The translations under genes and the position numbers were made by a program. The notes beneath the pieces were generated by a model, which searched no databases, was not told where the DNA came from, and saw only the letters and a list, made by a program, of their open reading frames with translations. From Oscillospiraceae bacterium (GTDB lineage: Bacteria > Bacillota > Clostridia > Oscillospirales > UBA929), in the NCBI GenBank assembly GCA_009782215.1, contig WRKO01000007.1, positions 9,036-73,035 on the forward strand: 64,000 nt of DNA, in the 5' to 3' direction. Below are positions 1 to 10,105 of this stretch, one piece after another. How positions within the stretch are numbered: the first letter of the stretch is position 1; each line of letters opens with the position of its first letter.

Positions 1-66
1 CATGGAGTTTGTGAAGCTGGTTTTGCTCGCTTGAGCCATTGATAACATGAAATTTTGGAAAAAGAC

Positions 67-95
67 TTGACATTATAGTAACAAAGCTGTAAAAT
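67..95 (+). promoter_or_regulatory. sigma-A-type promoter for the GH9-GH13 operon
   Basis: TTGACA (67-72), 17-nt spacer, TAAAAT (90-95). Confidence 0.7.
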
Positions 96-165
96 GGTAT
101 TGTAGGAGAATTACACACAGGGAACCGGGCTTTTCAGCCCGGTTTCTTTGGCGGAGGCGATGTTT

Positions 166-2274
166 ATGAAAAACCGTAAACCCCTGCTTATTTGGATGGC
201 TCCGGCGCTGGCGGCGCTTGGACTGACGCTGGCCGCCTGCGGCGGGGGCGGGACGGGGCCGGAAGAAACCGCGTCCCCCGAGCCGCCGGCGCAGACCGGC
301 GCGGACACCGCAGAACCGGAGGTCAGTCCTTTGCCGCAGTTTGATTTGACGGAGTTTATTGTCATCGACCAGTTCGGGTACCGCCCCGGCGCGCGGAAAA
401 CGGCGGTCATCCGCAGCCCGAAGGACGGCCCGGACGCGCATCTTTCGTTCGCGCCCGGAAGCGTTTACCGTGTCGTCAGCGAGGACGCGGGGGCGGCGGT
501 CTATGAAGGCGCGCCCGAACACAAATTTGACCTCGACCCGGCCTCGGGCGACGAAATATGGTGGTTTGACTTCTCGGCGGTCAGCGAGCCGGGGCGGTAC
601 TACATCCTTGACGCTGAAAACGGCGTGCGCTCCTTCGCGTTTACCGTAGCCGAGGACGTTTACAACGACGTGCTGAGGCACGCCGTCCGTATGTTTTTCT
701 ATCAGCGGGCCGGATTCGCGAAAGAGGCCGAGTTTGCCGGCGAGGGCTGGGCGGACGGGGCAAGCCATTTACAGGACGGCCGGGCGCGGTATTTTTACGA
801 CCGAGACAACCCCGACACGGAGCGGGATTTGAGCGGCGGATGGTATGACGCGGGCGACTACAACAAATATACGTCATGGACGGCACGGTATGTTGAGGAA
901 ATGCTGGAAAGCTACCGGGAAACCCCCGGCGTTTTCACCGACGGCACCAACATCCCCGAATCGGGCAACGGCGTCCCGGATATCATCGACGAAGCCCGCT
1001 GGGGGATGGATTACCTGCTGAAGCTGCAAAACGACGGCTCGTATAGGCCGACCGTGCTGCCCAACGGCTACCCGGACGATATCGTCTCCTACGACGGCTC
1101 CCTGCTCAGCGTGGTGACGCTGTCAAACCGCAACGACGCCAACGGGCACGCCTCGCCGCCCTCAACGGCGGCGGGCATGACGCTGTACGGCCCGCCGAAC
1201 ACGACCTCGGCCTACGCGGCGGCGCGGGCGTTCGCCCTCGGCGCGGTCATGTTTGCCGAATGGGACGCGGAATACGCGGAGCGGCTAAGGGACGCCGCCG
1301 TCAGGGCGTGGAGCTGGGCTGAGGCCAACCCTGACGTGATGTTCCACAACAACAACGCCGCCAACCGCTCGCAGGGGCTGGCGGCGGGCGATCAGGAAAT
1401 CGGCGGCAACTCCACCGGCGCGCGTTCGGAAAACCGCATGAAAGCCGCGCTTTATCTGTTTGAAATGACCGGGAATGCCGAGTATTTGTCGTTGTTTGAG
1501 GACAACTACAGGGGCTTCCCTCTGTTCAACTGGTGGTTCATGGATCATTACCGCACAAGCCAGCACACGATGTATTTTCAGTACATCAACCTTTCAGACG
1601 CCGACCCCGCCATTGCCGGCGCGGTGAGGGAGCAGTTTCTGCTCGCGTTCAACCGCGAGGATTCGCATTACGCGCCGATGCTCGGAACGGACGGCTACCG
1701 CGCCTTCCTCGACGACTACCCGTGGGGCTCGAACCGGGCGAAATCGGAGATGGGGCTGACGTTTTACCAATGGGCGGCCAATGGCATGGAGCCGGATAAA
1801 TCGCCCGAATTTCTGGCCGCGGCGGAGGATTATCTGCACTATATCCACGGCGTGAATCCCTTCAACTGGGTCTACCTGACCAACATGAACGGCTACGGCG
1901 CGTCCAAAAGCCTGACGTCCATCTATCACGACTGGTTCTCGCCGAACACCCCGTGGGATATCGCGGGCGTTTCCGAGGTTGGCCCGGCGCCGGGGTATCT
2001 GCCGGGAGGGCCGAACCAAGGCTACAATGTTCAGAGCGGCTTCCCGGACAGCTTGGGCGGGTACACCCCCACCGCCGAGGAGCTTGAGCTGGGGACGGAT
2101 ATCCAAGACAATCTGGTCGGCTCGCCGCCCGCGAAGATGTACATCGACATCAACCATAGCTGGCCCATCAACACTTGGGAGATTACCGAGCCGAGCAACG
2201 GCTACCAAATGGCCTACATACGGCTGCTCTCGAAGTTTGCTAAGCCCTTGAACGCGGGAGGGTTGGCGCCATGA
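166..2274 (+). CDS. GH9 endoglucanase, lipoprotein, with N-terminal CelD-type Ig-like domain
   Basis: Lipobox LAAC; Ig-domain start IDQFGYRP; GH9 motifs DLSGGWYDAGDYNKY and C-terminal WEITEP. Start moved from 148 to ATG 166, 8 nt after GGAGG (153-157). Confidence 0.88.
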   Translation: MKNRKPLLIWMAPALAALGLTLAACGGGGTGPEETASPEPPAQTGADTAEPEVSPLPQFDLTEFIVIDQFGYRPGARKTAVIRSPKDGPDAHLSFAPGSVYRVVSEDAGAAVYEGAPEHKFDLDPASGDEIWWFDFSAVSEPGRYYILDAENGVRSFAFTVAEDVYNDVLRHAVRMFFYQRAGFAKEAEFAGEGWADGASHLQDGRARYFYDRDNPDTERDLSGGWYDAGDYNKYTSWTARYVEEMLESYRETPGVFTDGTNIPESGNGVPDIIDEARWGMDYLLKLQNDGSYRPTVLPNGYPDDIVSYDGSLLSVVTLSNRNDANGHASPPSTAAGMTLYGPPNTTSAYAAARAFALGAVMFAEWDAEYAERLRDAAVRAWSWAEANPDVMFHNNNAANRSQGLAAGDQEIGGNSTGARSENRMKAALYLFEMTGNAEYLSLFEDNYRGFPLFNWWFMDHYRTSQHTMYFQYINLSDADPAIAGAVREQFLLAFNREDSHYAPMLGTDGYRAFLDDYPWGSNRAKSEMGLTFYQWAANGMEPDKSPEFLAAAEDYLHYIHGVNPFNWVYLTNMNGYGASKSLTSIYHDWFSPNTPWDIAGVSEVGPAPGYLPGGPNQGYNVQSGFPDSLGGYTPTAEELELGTDIQDNLVGSPPAKMYIDINHSWPINTWEITEPSNGYQMAYIRLLSKFAKPLNAGGLAP

Positions 2275-3791
2275 AAAAGCTCATCGGATACGCCGCCATC
2301 CTGCTGGCCCTGCTCTTTTTGTCCGGGTGCGCGCCCTCCCGGACTGAGATTCCGCCAAACACCTCCTCGCGGCGGGATTTTTATGAGATTTTCGTCGGCT
2401 CCTTCTGCGACAGCGACGGGGACGGGCTGGGCGACCTGCAAGGGCTGATTTCCAAGCTGGATTACTTAAACAACCCCCGGGGGCGGGACACGCTCGGCGT
2501 CAGCGGCATATGGCTGATGCCCATCAACCCGTCGCCCACCTACCATAAGTATGACGTGACCGATTACTACGCCGTTGACCCCGGCTACGGGACGATGGAG
2601 GACTTTGAGCGGTTAATCGCCGAAGCCCGCGAGCGCGGCATCGACGTCATCATCGACTTGGTCATCAACCACACGTCCTCCAAGCACCCTTGGTTTTTAG
2701 CGGCCCTTGAGGAGTTGAGAAGCGGGAGCGAGCCGCGCTATCAGCTATATTACAACTTCACCGACGAGCGGGTCGGCGCGGACTACTATCCGGCGCCGGG
2801 CGGGAAGTTTTACGAAGCGCATTTTTGGAACGAAATGCCCGACCTCAACATGGACAACGAGGCGCTGCGCGGGGAGATTCTGAACATCGCGCGGTTTTGG
2901 CTGGAGAAGGGCGTGGCCGGGTTCCGGCTGGACGCGGCTAGGCATGTCTACAACAGTCAGGCCCGAAACCTTGAGTTTTGGACGTGGTTTGTTGACGCGT
3001 GCAGGGACATCAAGGAGGATATCTTCCTTGTGGGAGAGGTGTGGAGCGGAGAGAGCGAAATCCTGCCCTTTTACGAAACGGGCCTCGCCGTCTTTAATTT
3101 CCCCTTCGCCGGGCATGACGGAACCATCAACCGCAGCCTGAACAGCGGGAACGGCGGCAGGCTGGCCTCGGAACTCGAGCGCTGGGATCGCGAGATACGT
3201 CTGCGGAACCCGGACGGCATTAACTGCCTCTTTCTCAGCAACCACGATACCGGGCGCAGCGCCGGGTTTATCCCCGACCCCAACCGGCGGAAGCTCGCGG
3301 CGGCCGTCTATCTGCTCGTTCCGGGCAGCCCGTTTATCTATTACGGCGAGGAAATCGGGATGACCGGCTCCGGCATTGACGAAAATAAGCGCACCGCCAT
3401 GCTCTGGTCGGCGTCCGACCCCACGGGCATCCCCCGCAACCCCGCCGGCGCCGAACAGGTGCGGGCGCCCGCGCAAGGCGTCGCGGAACAGCTCGCCGAC
3501 CGGAACAGCCTGCTTAATTACTACCGCGCCGTGCTGGCGCTGAAAGCGCGGCACCCCAGCCTTTATGACGGCGAGGTGGTCAAAATCGACTTGGAAAACC
3601 AAGGGCTCTGCGCCTTCCGCGCCGGGGACGCCATCGTCGTTCACAACCTCACCGGCGAAAGCGCGGCCGTGGCGCTCGGCGACCTCGGCGGCGTGGCGCT
3701 CGGCGGCTCCGTCAGCCCCACCGGCGCGTCCGTATCGGTCAAAAACGGCGTCCTGACCCTCCCCCCCTACGCCTCCGCAATCCTGACATAA
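2271..3791 (+). CDS. GH13 alpha-amylase, lipoprotein (GH13_36-like)
   Basis: Lipobox LSGC; DLVINH, GFRLDAARH, VGEVW and LSNHD catalytic regions; MPDLN signature; ATGA overlap with the GH9 gene. Confidence 0.9.
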   Translation: MKKLIGYAAILLALLFLSGCAPSRTEIPPNTSSRRDFYEIFVGSFCDSDGDGLGDLQGLISKLDYLNNPRGRDTLGVSGIWLMPINPSPTYHKYDVTDYYAVDPGYGTMEDFERLIAEARERGIDVIIDLVINHTSSKHPWFLAALEELRSGSEPRYQLYYNFTDERVGADYYPAPGGKFYEAHFWNEMPDLNMDNEALRGEILNIARFWLEKGVAGFRLDAARHVYNSQARNLEFWTWFVDACRDIKEDIFLVGEVWSGESEILPFYETGLAVFNFPFAGHDGTINRSLNSGNGGRLASELERWDREIRLRNPDGINCLFLSNHDTGRSAGFIPDPNRRKLAAAVYLLVPGSPFIYYGEEIGMTGSGIDENKRTAMLWSASDPTGIPRNPAGAEQVRAPAQGVAEQLADRNSLLNYYRAVLALKARHPSLYDGEVVKIDLENQGLCAFRAGDAIVVHNLTGESAAVALGDLGGVALGGSVSPTGASVSVKNGVLTLPPYASAILT

Positions 3792-3835
3792 TCCGGCCCG
3801 CCCTCCAGCCTTTGCCGCGTTTTAGCGCAAAAGCG

Positions 3836-3864
3836 TTGCTTTTACCGCGGGGATGTGGTATACT
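3836..3864 (+). promoter_or_regulatory. sigma-A-type promoter for the hybrid kinase
   Basis: TTGCTT (3836-3841), 17 nt, TATACT (3859-3864), with an extended -10 TG. Confidence 0.55.
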
Positions 3865-3922
3865 ACTGTTTAGTCTTTCGACGATTGGGAAGAGACATTT
3901 TGCGGGTTTGTTGTGAAAGGGG

Positions 3923-6900
3923 TTGAGCGGTATTTCCAGCGGAAGTGGCGAGAACGGGATGAATCCGGTTGGGCGCGAGGGGCTTCTGGGCGAATTGAAG
4001 CGCTTTGTCAGCGCCGCGGAAACCGGCGATTTTAATTTCACCCTCAACACGGAGCATTTGCCGAGTGAGGACGCGGAAATTGCCCTTTTGCTGAAAAAGG
4101 GAATCCAGCATTACCGGGCGATTCTTGAGGAGGACATCGCGCAAAGCAAAAGCGTGAACACGGCTTTGGGTGTTGCGCGGTGGAGCGTTGACCTTGTCAC
4201 GGAGATTATGAGCTTCGACGGAAACAAAGAGAACCACTGGACATGGTCGCAGGAATTCCGGCATATACTGGGCTTTACCGACGAGACCGACTTCCCCAAC
4301 AGGGTCGAGTCCTTTGAGGCCCGTTTGCATCCCGACGACATCGAAAAGGCTTTTGCCGCCTTTAAGGCGCATTGTGACGACTACACGGGCAAAACGCCCT
4401 ATGATATCGAATACCGTCTTCTGCACAAGGACGGCCAATACCGTTATTTTGACGGTTTCGGAGTGGCGCAGAGGAACAGCGACGGCGTTCCGTTCCGCGT
4501 CACCGGCGCGGTGAGGGATATCACCGATAAAAAATTGGCGGAGCGCCGGGTTGATGAGCTGAACAAAAACATGGCGTTCATCCTCGATTCGCTGCCCGCC
4601 GGGGTCAGAATCGTCAGCTTGGACGACAATCAGTTGGTATACGCGAACAAGGCTTCTATGGATATATTCGGCTGCGAGGACTTTGAAAGAGACGTGGCCG
4701 GGCGAAGCGCGTTTGATTTTATGCCGGAGGTTCAGCCAAACGGGAGAAAAACCGTTGATATGGCGAATGAGTTTTTCTCGGCCGAACAGGTTACTATGGA
4801 TTTTGAGTGCTTTACGCTGCACGGCAAACCGTTTACGGCCCGCATCACGTCCTGCATTGTCAATTATAAAGAAAAGGCGGCTTCCCTTGCCATCATTGAG
4901 GACATCACCACCAGAAAGAAAATGGAGGGCCAGCTTTCAGACAGCGACCTGCGCCTCAATTTGCTGGTCAAGAGCCTTGACGTCGCCATGTGGGATATGA
5001 CCATCAACGCCGACAGCCCGATTGCCGGCAGCAATGAATTTTGGTGGTCGCAGGAGTTCCGGCATATGCTGGGCTTTTCTGATGAGAGCGACTTCCCCAA
5101 CGTGCTTTCAAGCTGGAGTGACCGGCTCCACCCCGAGGATAAGGAGCGGATTCTGAACCAGCTCGCCGCGCATCTGAACGACTATACCGGCAAGACGCCG
5201 CTGGATTTTGAATACCGCCTTATGCTGAAAAACGGGGACTACCGATATTTCCACGCTTTCGGCGAAACGCTGCGCGACAGCGCGGGCGTCCCCATCCGGG
5301 TCGCGGGCGCGCTGAAGGACGTCCACGAGCAGAAAACCATGCAGAAGGCGCTGAAGCGCCGCGAGGAATTGCTTGAAACGCTGAATACGGTGTCCGTCGC
5401 CTTCCTCTCGCAGCGGGATAAGGTGTTCGGAACCCTCATGTCGCAGGAAATCGGGGTCATCGCGGACATGATGGGCTTGGACAGGCTGTCTGTATGGCGG
5501 AACACCGCGAAGCCGGACGGCTTGCACGCGTCTATGATTTATCGCTGGGACAGGGACTCGGGCGGCGTGACGGAGCCGACGGAAACCTTATCGGACGTCA
5601 GCTACGACGATCTCGCGCCCAACTGGAAGACGCTTTTCGAGAAGGGGGCCACGATTAACGGCCCGGCGAGGCTGATGGAGGAGCGCGAGGCGGCTTCGCT
5701 GAAAGCCTTTGGCGTTGTGTCCGCATTTGCCGCGCCGGTATTCATCAACCATGCTTTGTGGGGCTTCGTGCTGTTTGAAGACCGCGTCAATGAACGCCGG
5801 TTTGACAGTGAGAGCGCTGAAATCATGCTTTCGGCGGCGTTTCTGTTTGTCAACGCCGTCATCCGCGACGAAAAGGAAAGCGAAATCCTTGAGGCGAATC
5901 AGGCGCTTGACCAGCAGAACGATTTGCTCTACGCGGTAAACCGGGCGGCAAGCGCGCTTCTCACGGCGGACGCCGGCGAAACCTTCCGGGCTTTGCTGAT
6001 GGAAGGCATGGAAATCATCGGCCGCAGCGTGGACGCGGACTGCGTTGAGATTTGGAAAAACGAGATGGTGGACGGGGAGCTTCACGCGGTCAACATCCAT
6101 TACTGGTTCAGCGACAGGGTTTCGCATCTGGAGCCTGCCGCCTCCGCCGCTCAAAGCTTCCCCTACAGCGATACGCATGACTGGGAAAACAGGCTGGCGC
6201 GGGGGGAATGTATCCAAGGCTCCCTTCAAAGCCTTTTGCCGGAGGACCAACCTTTTGTGGAGTCCTTCGGCATCAAGAGCCTGCTGGTTATCCCGATGTT
6301 CATGGGCTCCGAATTATGGGGTATGTGCTGTATCGACGATTACACCAAAAGCCGCGAGTTTTCGGAGGACGAGGTCAGCATCCTGCGCTCTATGGGCAAT
6401 ATGATGGCAAGCACCATCGTCCGGCAGAATTTGACCTCGGAGATTCGCAAGGCGAACCACCTCACGAAGATATTGCTGGACGAGTCGCCCCTGTGCTGCC
6501 AGCTTTGGGACAGCTCCCTCAAAAAGATAGACTGCAACGAGGCCGCCGTCAAGCTGTTCGGGTTTAAGGACAAGCAGGACTATCTGGAAAACTATGCCCT
6601 TTTGTATCCCGAATACCAGCCCGACGGGCAGCCCACCGCCGAAAAGGCCTATAACAGCGTTAAAAAAGCCTTCGACGAGGGCAGCTTTACGCTGGACTGG
6701 ACGTATAAGCTGCCCGACGGCACGATGATGCCCACGGAAATTACCCTTATCCGGGTCGAATATGAGGACGGGCACGGCGTGGCGGGATACACGCGGGATT
6801 TGCGCGAGCAAAAAAGGATGATGGATGAAATTGAGCAGCGGGCCAATGAAATCGCCATTCACAAGAACACGCTCCAAACCATGATTAACTCGATGCCCGA

Positions 6901-8764
6901 CTTTGTGTTCGGCAAGGATTTGAATTGCAACTACACGCTGCTCAATCTTTCCGCCGCGACGTATTTGAATGTTGAGATTGACAGCATTATCGGGAAAAAC
7001 GATATCGAAGGGCTGGGATTCCCCGCCGAGGTGGCCGAAGAGCTGCTGCAGCAGGACAAGAAAATTTTCAGCGGAGAGCCTAAGTTTATCGCCGAGCATT
7101 GGATACCGGCCCACGACGGCTCGCTCCGGTATTTTGAAACAACCAAGGCTCCGATTACGCAGGACGGCGCCATCATCGGGCTTGTCGGCGTGTCCCGCGA
7201 CATCACCGAGAAAACGCAGATGAAAAAAGAATTGGAGACGGCGCTGGAGCAGGCGACCGCCGCAAGCAAGGCCAAGGGCGAGTTTCTGGCCAAAATGAGC
7301 CATGAGATCCGCACGCCGATGAACGCGATTATCGGCATGACGGAGCTTGCCCTGCGGGAGGACAACATCAACGTCATCCACGAGCACTCCCTCTCCGTGA
7401 AGCAGGCCGGCTCTACCCTGCTGTCCATCATCAACGACATCTTGGATTTCTCTAAAATCGAGCAGGGCAAGCTGGAGATTGTGTCGGCCAAATACAATGT
7501 TTCCTCTTTAATCAACGACGTGATCAGCATCACCCGCATGAAGGTCATCCATTCCCAGTTGCGCTTCACGGTAAACATTGACTGCAACATCCCGTACGAG
7601 CTGATTGGCGACGAGGTGAAAATCCGGCAGGCGCTGATTAACGTGCTGTGGAACGCCGTCAAATACACCGATTCGGGCTTTGTGTCCCTCTCGGTCAGCG
7701 GCGAAATCACCGACGGGGACACCGTTGAGCTTGTGATGAAGGTCGCCGACAGCGGGCGGGGCATCAAGCAGGAGGATATCGGCAACCTATTCGGCGATTT
7801 TGTGCAGTTTGAGTCCGAATTGAGCCGGAACACCGAAGGCGTCGGGCTGGGGCTTGCCATTACGAAAAGCCTTGTCAGCGCGATGGGCGGCCGGATTGAC
7901 GTTGAGTCCGAATACGGGAAGGGCAGCCTGTTTACCCTCACACTGCCGCAGAAATTCCATGTGCGCGCGGCGATGGCGGCGATTGAGGAACCCGGGAAAA
8001 AAGTCCTTCTCTATGAACAGAACAAGACGTACGCCGATTCTGTTTTCCAGACGCTCGGCAACCTCGGCGTTCACTGCGACCGCGCCGAGAACGATAACGA
8101 GCTGTATGAAAAGCTGGCGGCGCAATCCTATGGCTTTGTCTTCATTTCGGCCACGCTGTACGGCAACAACGAATATGTCCTCACCACCTTCGGCAAGGAC
8201 GCCAAGGTTGTTTTGCTCGCCAAGTTCGGCGGCACCATTTCGTCAGTCGGGCTGAAGGTTCTTGAAATGCCGGCGTACTGTGTGTCTGTGGCCAATGTGC
8301 TGAACAACGTCTCCGGCGGCGCCTCTAGTGACGGGAACGGGGCCTTGGTGGAGTTCTCCGCGCCGGACGCCAAGGTTCTCGTCGTGGACGACATCAACAC
8401 AAACCTTGTTGTGGCCAACGGCTTGCTCCGGCCTTACAATATGCGCGTCGATCTGTGCCGGAGCGGCATGGACGCGCTTGAGGCCATCAAAGCGAGACGG
8501 TATGACTTGGTGTTTATGGATCACAAGATGCCCAGAATGGACGGTGTGGAAACCAAAGACCGCATCCGGGCAATGGGCGACGGGGATTCGTATTACAAAA
8601 CCGTGCCGATTGTGGCGCTGACGGCGAACGCGGTGAATGACGCGAAGAAGATGTTCCTTGAAAACGGCTTTGACGATTTTTTGGCAAAGCCCATCGACAC
8701 CGTCGAGCTGAACGCAATCCTGAAAAAATGGATTCCCAAGCACAAGCGGGAACGTCTGGACTGA
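3923..8764 (+). CDS. cytoplasmic hybrid sensor histidine kinase (about 5 PAS, 2 GAF, HisKA, HATPase, pseudo-receiver, receiver)
   Basis: H-box MSHEIRTPMN; N-box NAVKYT; G-boxes DSGRGI and GVGLGL; receiver VVDD...FMDHKMP...KP; repeated PAS motifs LHPDD/LHPED...EYRL; no transmembrane segment seen. Alternative start ATG 3959. Confidence 0.9.
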   Translation: MSGISSGSGENGMNPVGREGLLGELKRFVSAAETGDFNFTLNTEHLPSEDAEIALLLKKGIQHYRAILEEDIAQSKSVNTALGVARWSVDLVTEIMSFDGNKENHWTWSQEFRHILGFTDETDFPNRVESFEARLHPDDIEKAFAAFKAHCDDYTGKTPYDIEYRLLHKDGQYRYFDGFGVAQRNSDGVPFRVTGAVRDITDKKLAERRVDELNKNMAFILDSLPAGVRIVSLDDNQLVYANKASMDIFGCEDFERDVAGRSAFDFMPEVQPNGRKTVDMANEFFSAEQVTMDFECFTLHGKPFTARITSCIVNYKEKAASLAIIEDITTRKKMEGQLSDSDLRLNLLVKSLDVAMWDMTINADSPIAGSNEFWWSQEFRHMLGFSDESDFPNVLSSWSDRLHPEDKERILNQLAAHLNDYTGKTPLDFEYRLMLKNGDYRYFHAFGETLRDSAGVPIRVAGALKDVHEQKTMQKALKRREELLETLNTVSVAFLSQRDKVFGTLMSQEIGVIADMMGLDRLSVWRNTAKPDGLHASMIYRWDRDSGGVTEPTETLSDVSYDDLAPNWKTLFEKGATINGPARLMEEREAASLKAFGVVSAFAAPVFINHALWGFVLFEDRVNERRFDSESAEIMLSAAFLFVNAVIRDEKESEILEANQALDQQNDLLYAVNRAASALLTADAGETFRALLMEGMEIIGRSVDADCVEIWKNEMVDGELHAVNIHYWFSDRVSHLEPAASAAQSFPYSDTHDWENRLARGECIQGSLQSLLPEDQPFVESFGIKSLLVIPMFMGSELWGMCCIDDYTKSREFSEDEVSILRSMGNMMASTIVRQNLTSEIRKANHLTKILLDESPLCCQLWDSSLKKIDCNEAAVKLFGFKDKQDYLENYALLYPEYQPDGQPTAEKAYNSVKKAFDEGSFTLDWTYKLPDGTMMPTEITLIRVEYEDGHGVAGYTRDLREQKRMMDEIEQRANEIAIHKNTLQTMINSMPDFVFGKDLNCNYTLLNLSAATYLNVEIDSIIGKNDIEGLGFPAEVAEELLQQDKKIFSGEPKFIAEHWIPAHDGSLRYFETTKAPITQDGAIIGLVGVSRDITEKTQMKKELETALEQATAASKAKGEFLAKMSHEIRTPMNAIIGMTELALREDNINVIHEHSLSVKQAGSTLLSIINDILDFSKIEQGKLEIVSAKYNVSSLINDVISITRMKVIHSQLRFTVNIDCNIPYELIGDEVKIRQALINVLWNAVKYTDSGFVSLSVSGEITDGDTVELVMKVADSGRGIKQEDIGNLFGDFVQFESELSRNTEGVGLGLAITKSLVSAMGGRIDVESEYGKGSLFTLTLPQKFHVRAAMAAIEEPGKKVLLYEQNKTYADSVFQTLGNLGVHCDRAENDNELYEKLAAQSYGFVFISATLYGNNEYVLTTFGKDAKVVLLAKFGGTISSVGLKVLEMPAYCVSVANVLNNVSGGASSDGNGALVEFSAPDAKVLVVDDINTNLVVANGLLRPYNMRVDLCRSGMDALEAIKARRYDLVFMDHKMPRMDGVETKDRIRAMGDGDSYYKTVPIVALTANAVNDAKKMFLENGFDDFLAKPIDTVELNAILKKWIPKHKRERLD

Positions 8765-8802
8765 CACGGATTGCGTGAAAAAATGAGCATCAAAAGAAAA
8801 TG

Positions 8803-8831
8803 TTGACAAAGCGCGGGGAATATGTTATCAT
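8803..8831 (+). promoter_or_regulatory. sigma-A-type promoter for the galactan ABC operon
   Basis: TTGACA (8803-8808), 17 nt, TATCAT (8826-8831), preceded by TG. Confidence 0.7.
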
Positions 8832-8877
8832 TAAACCAGCTCGAGACATCATATTACTATTATTAGGAGGAATTGTT

Positions 8878-10080
8878 ATGAAAAAGCTCACCGCACTCCT
8901 GCTGGCCACCGTTCTCTGCTTCACTCTGGCTGCCTGCGGCAGCGACCCCGTCGAAGACGTGACCCTGCGACTCTGGGGAGGCGAGGAAGACCAAGTCATG
9001 CTTCGCCAAATGGCCGACGCGTTCATCGAAGCCAACAAGGACAAGGTCAACCTCACCATCAGCCTCGGCACCGAATCCGAGTCCACCGCGAAGGACACCA
9101 TCCTGACCGACATTGAGGCCGCGGCCGATGTGTTCGCTTTCGCCAACGACCAAATCATCGAGCTTGTCACGGCCGGAGCGCTGCAAGAGGTTTCCATCCG
9201 CGCCGACGACATCAAATCCCGCAACTCCGCCGGTTCGGTCGAAGCGGCCACGGTCGGCGGGAAGCTGATGGCCTATCCGATGACCGGCGACAACGGCTAC
9301 TTTATGTACTACGACGCCTCGTACTTCACCCCGGACGATGTGCAGACCTTTGACAGGATGCTGGAAGTCGCCGCCGCCGCCGGCAAACAGATTACCATGG
9401 ATATGGGCGGCGCTTGGTACAGCTATTCCTTCTTCAAGGGCGCCGGTCTGGACGTGAGCCTGATTGAAGGCACCCAAAACAACTTCTGCAACTGGAACGC
9501 CGCGGGTGGAACCGACGTTGTGCAAGCCATGCTGGCCATTGCCGCGCATCCGGCGTTTATCTCGCTGGGCGACGGGGAGTTCGTCACCGGCATCGAAAAC
9601 GGCACCATCATCGCCGGCATCAACGGCCCGTGGAATGCCGGCAGAGCGCAGGACGCTTGGGGCGCGAACTACGCCGCCGCCAAGCTGCCTACCTTCACCC
9701 TTGCCGGAGCGCAAAAGCAAATGGGCAGCTTCGCCGGCTTTAAGCTGGTTGGCGTCAACGCCCTCAGCGCGAACGCCGGATGGGCGATGGAGCTTGCCGA
9801 CTGGATTACCAACTACGAAAACCAAGTCAAACGCTTTAACGACCGTCAGCAAGGCCCCTCCAACACCGCCGCCGCCGCGACCGACGCCGTTCAGGCCGAC
9901 CCCGCTCAGGCAGCGTTCGCCGCCCAGCAGCCCTTCTCCGTGCCGCAGGCTATCGGCGGAAACTACTGGAGCGCGGCCGGGACGCTGTTTGAAATCATCG
10001 TCCGCGGCAATCCCGACGGCACCGATTTGCAGACACTGCTTGACAACGCCGTCGCCGGAATCACCGCCCCTGTTGGCTAA
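8878..10080 (+). CDS. sugar ABC transporter substrate-binding lipoprotein (galacto-/malto-oligosaccharide type)
   Basis: AGGAGG then ATG 8878; lipobox LAAC; DVFAFANDQ and INGPW motifs; followed by two permeases. Confidence 0.88.
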   Translation: MKKLTALLLATVLCFTLAACGSDPVEDVTLRLWGGEEDQVMLRQMADAFIEANKDKVNLTISLGTESESTAKDTILTDIEAAADVFAFANDQIIELVTAGALQEVSIRADDIKSRNSAGSVEAATVGGKLMAYPMTGDNGYFMYYDASYFTPDDVQTFDRMLEVAAAAGKQITMDMGGAWYSYSFFKGAGLDVSLIEGTQNNFCNWNAAGGTDVVQAMLAIAAHPAFISLGDGEFVTGIENGTIIAGINGPWNAGRAQDAWGANYAAAKLPTFTLAGAQKQMGSFAGFKLVGVNALSANAGWAMELADWITNYENQVKRFNDRQQGPSNTAAAATDAVQADPAQAAFAAQQPFSVPQAIGGNYWSAAGTLFEIIVRGNPDGTDLQTLLDNAVAGITAPVG

Positions 10081-10105
10081 GCCTCAATCATAGCTTCAGC
10101 AGCTT

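Noticed and set aside
1-48. Possible 3' end of an upstream gene (frame reading MEFVKLVLLA-stop at 2-34) or start of a minus-strand gene
   Set aside because: Too short to assign strand or product.
3824-3841. AGCGCAAAAGCGTTGCTT as a LacI/cre-like operator
   Set aside because: Imperfect symmetry, single copy, and no LacI-family gene in the window.
6314-7941. Long antisense ORFs (6314-7387, 6931-7941; likewise 2745-3644, 8863-9852, 13126-14091, 30425-31354)
   Set aside because: They shadow well-supported genes, have no recognisable motifs, and are expected from GC-rich codon bias.
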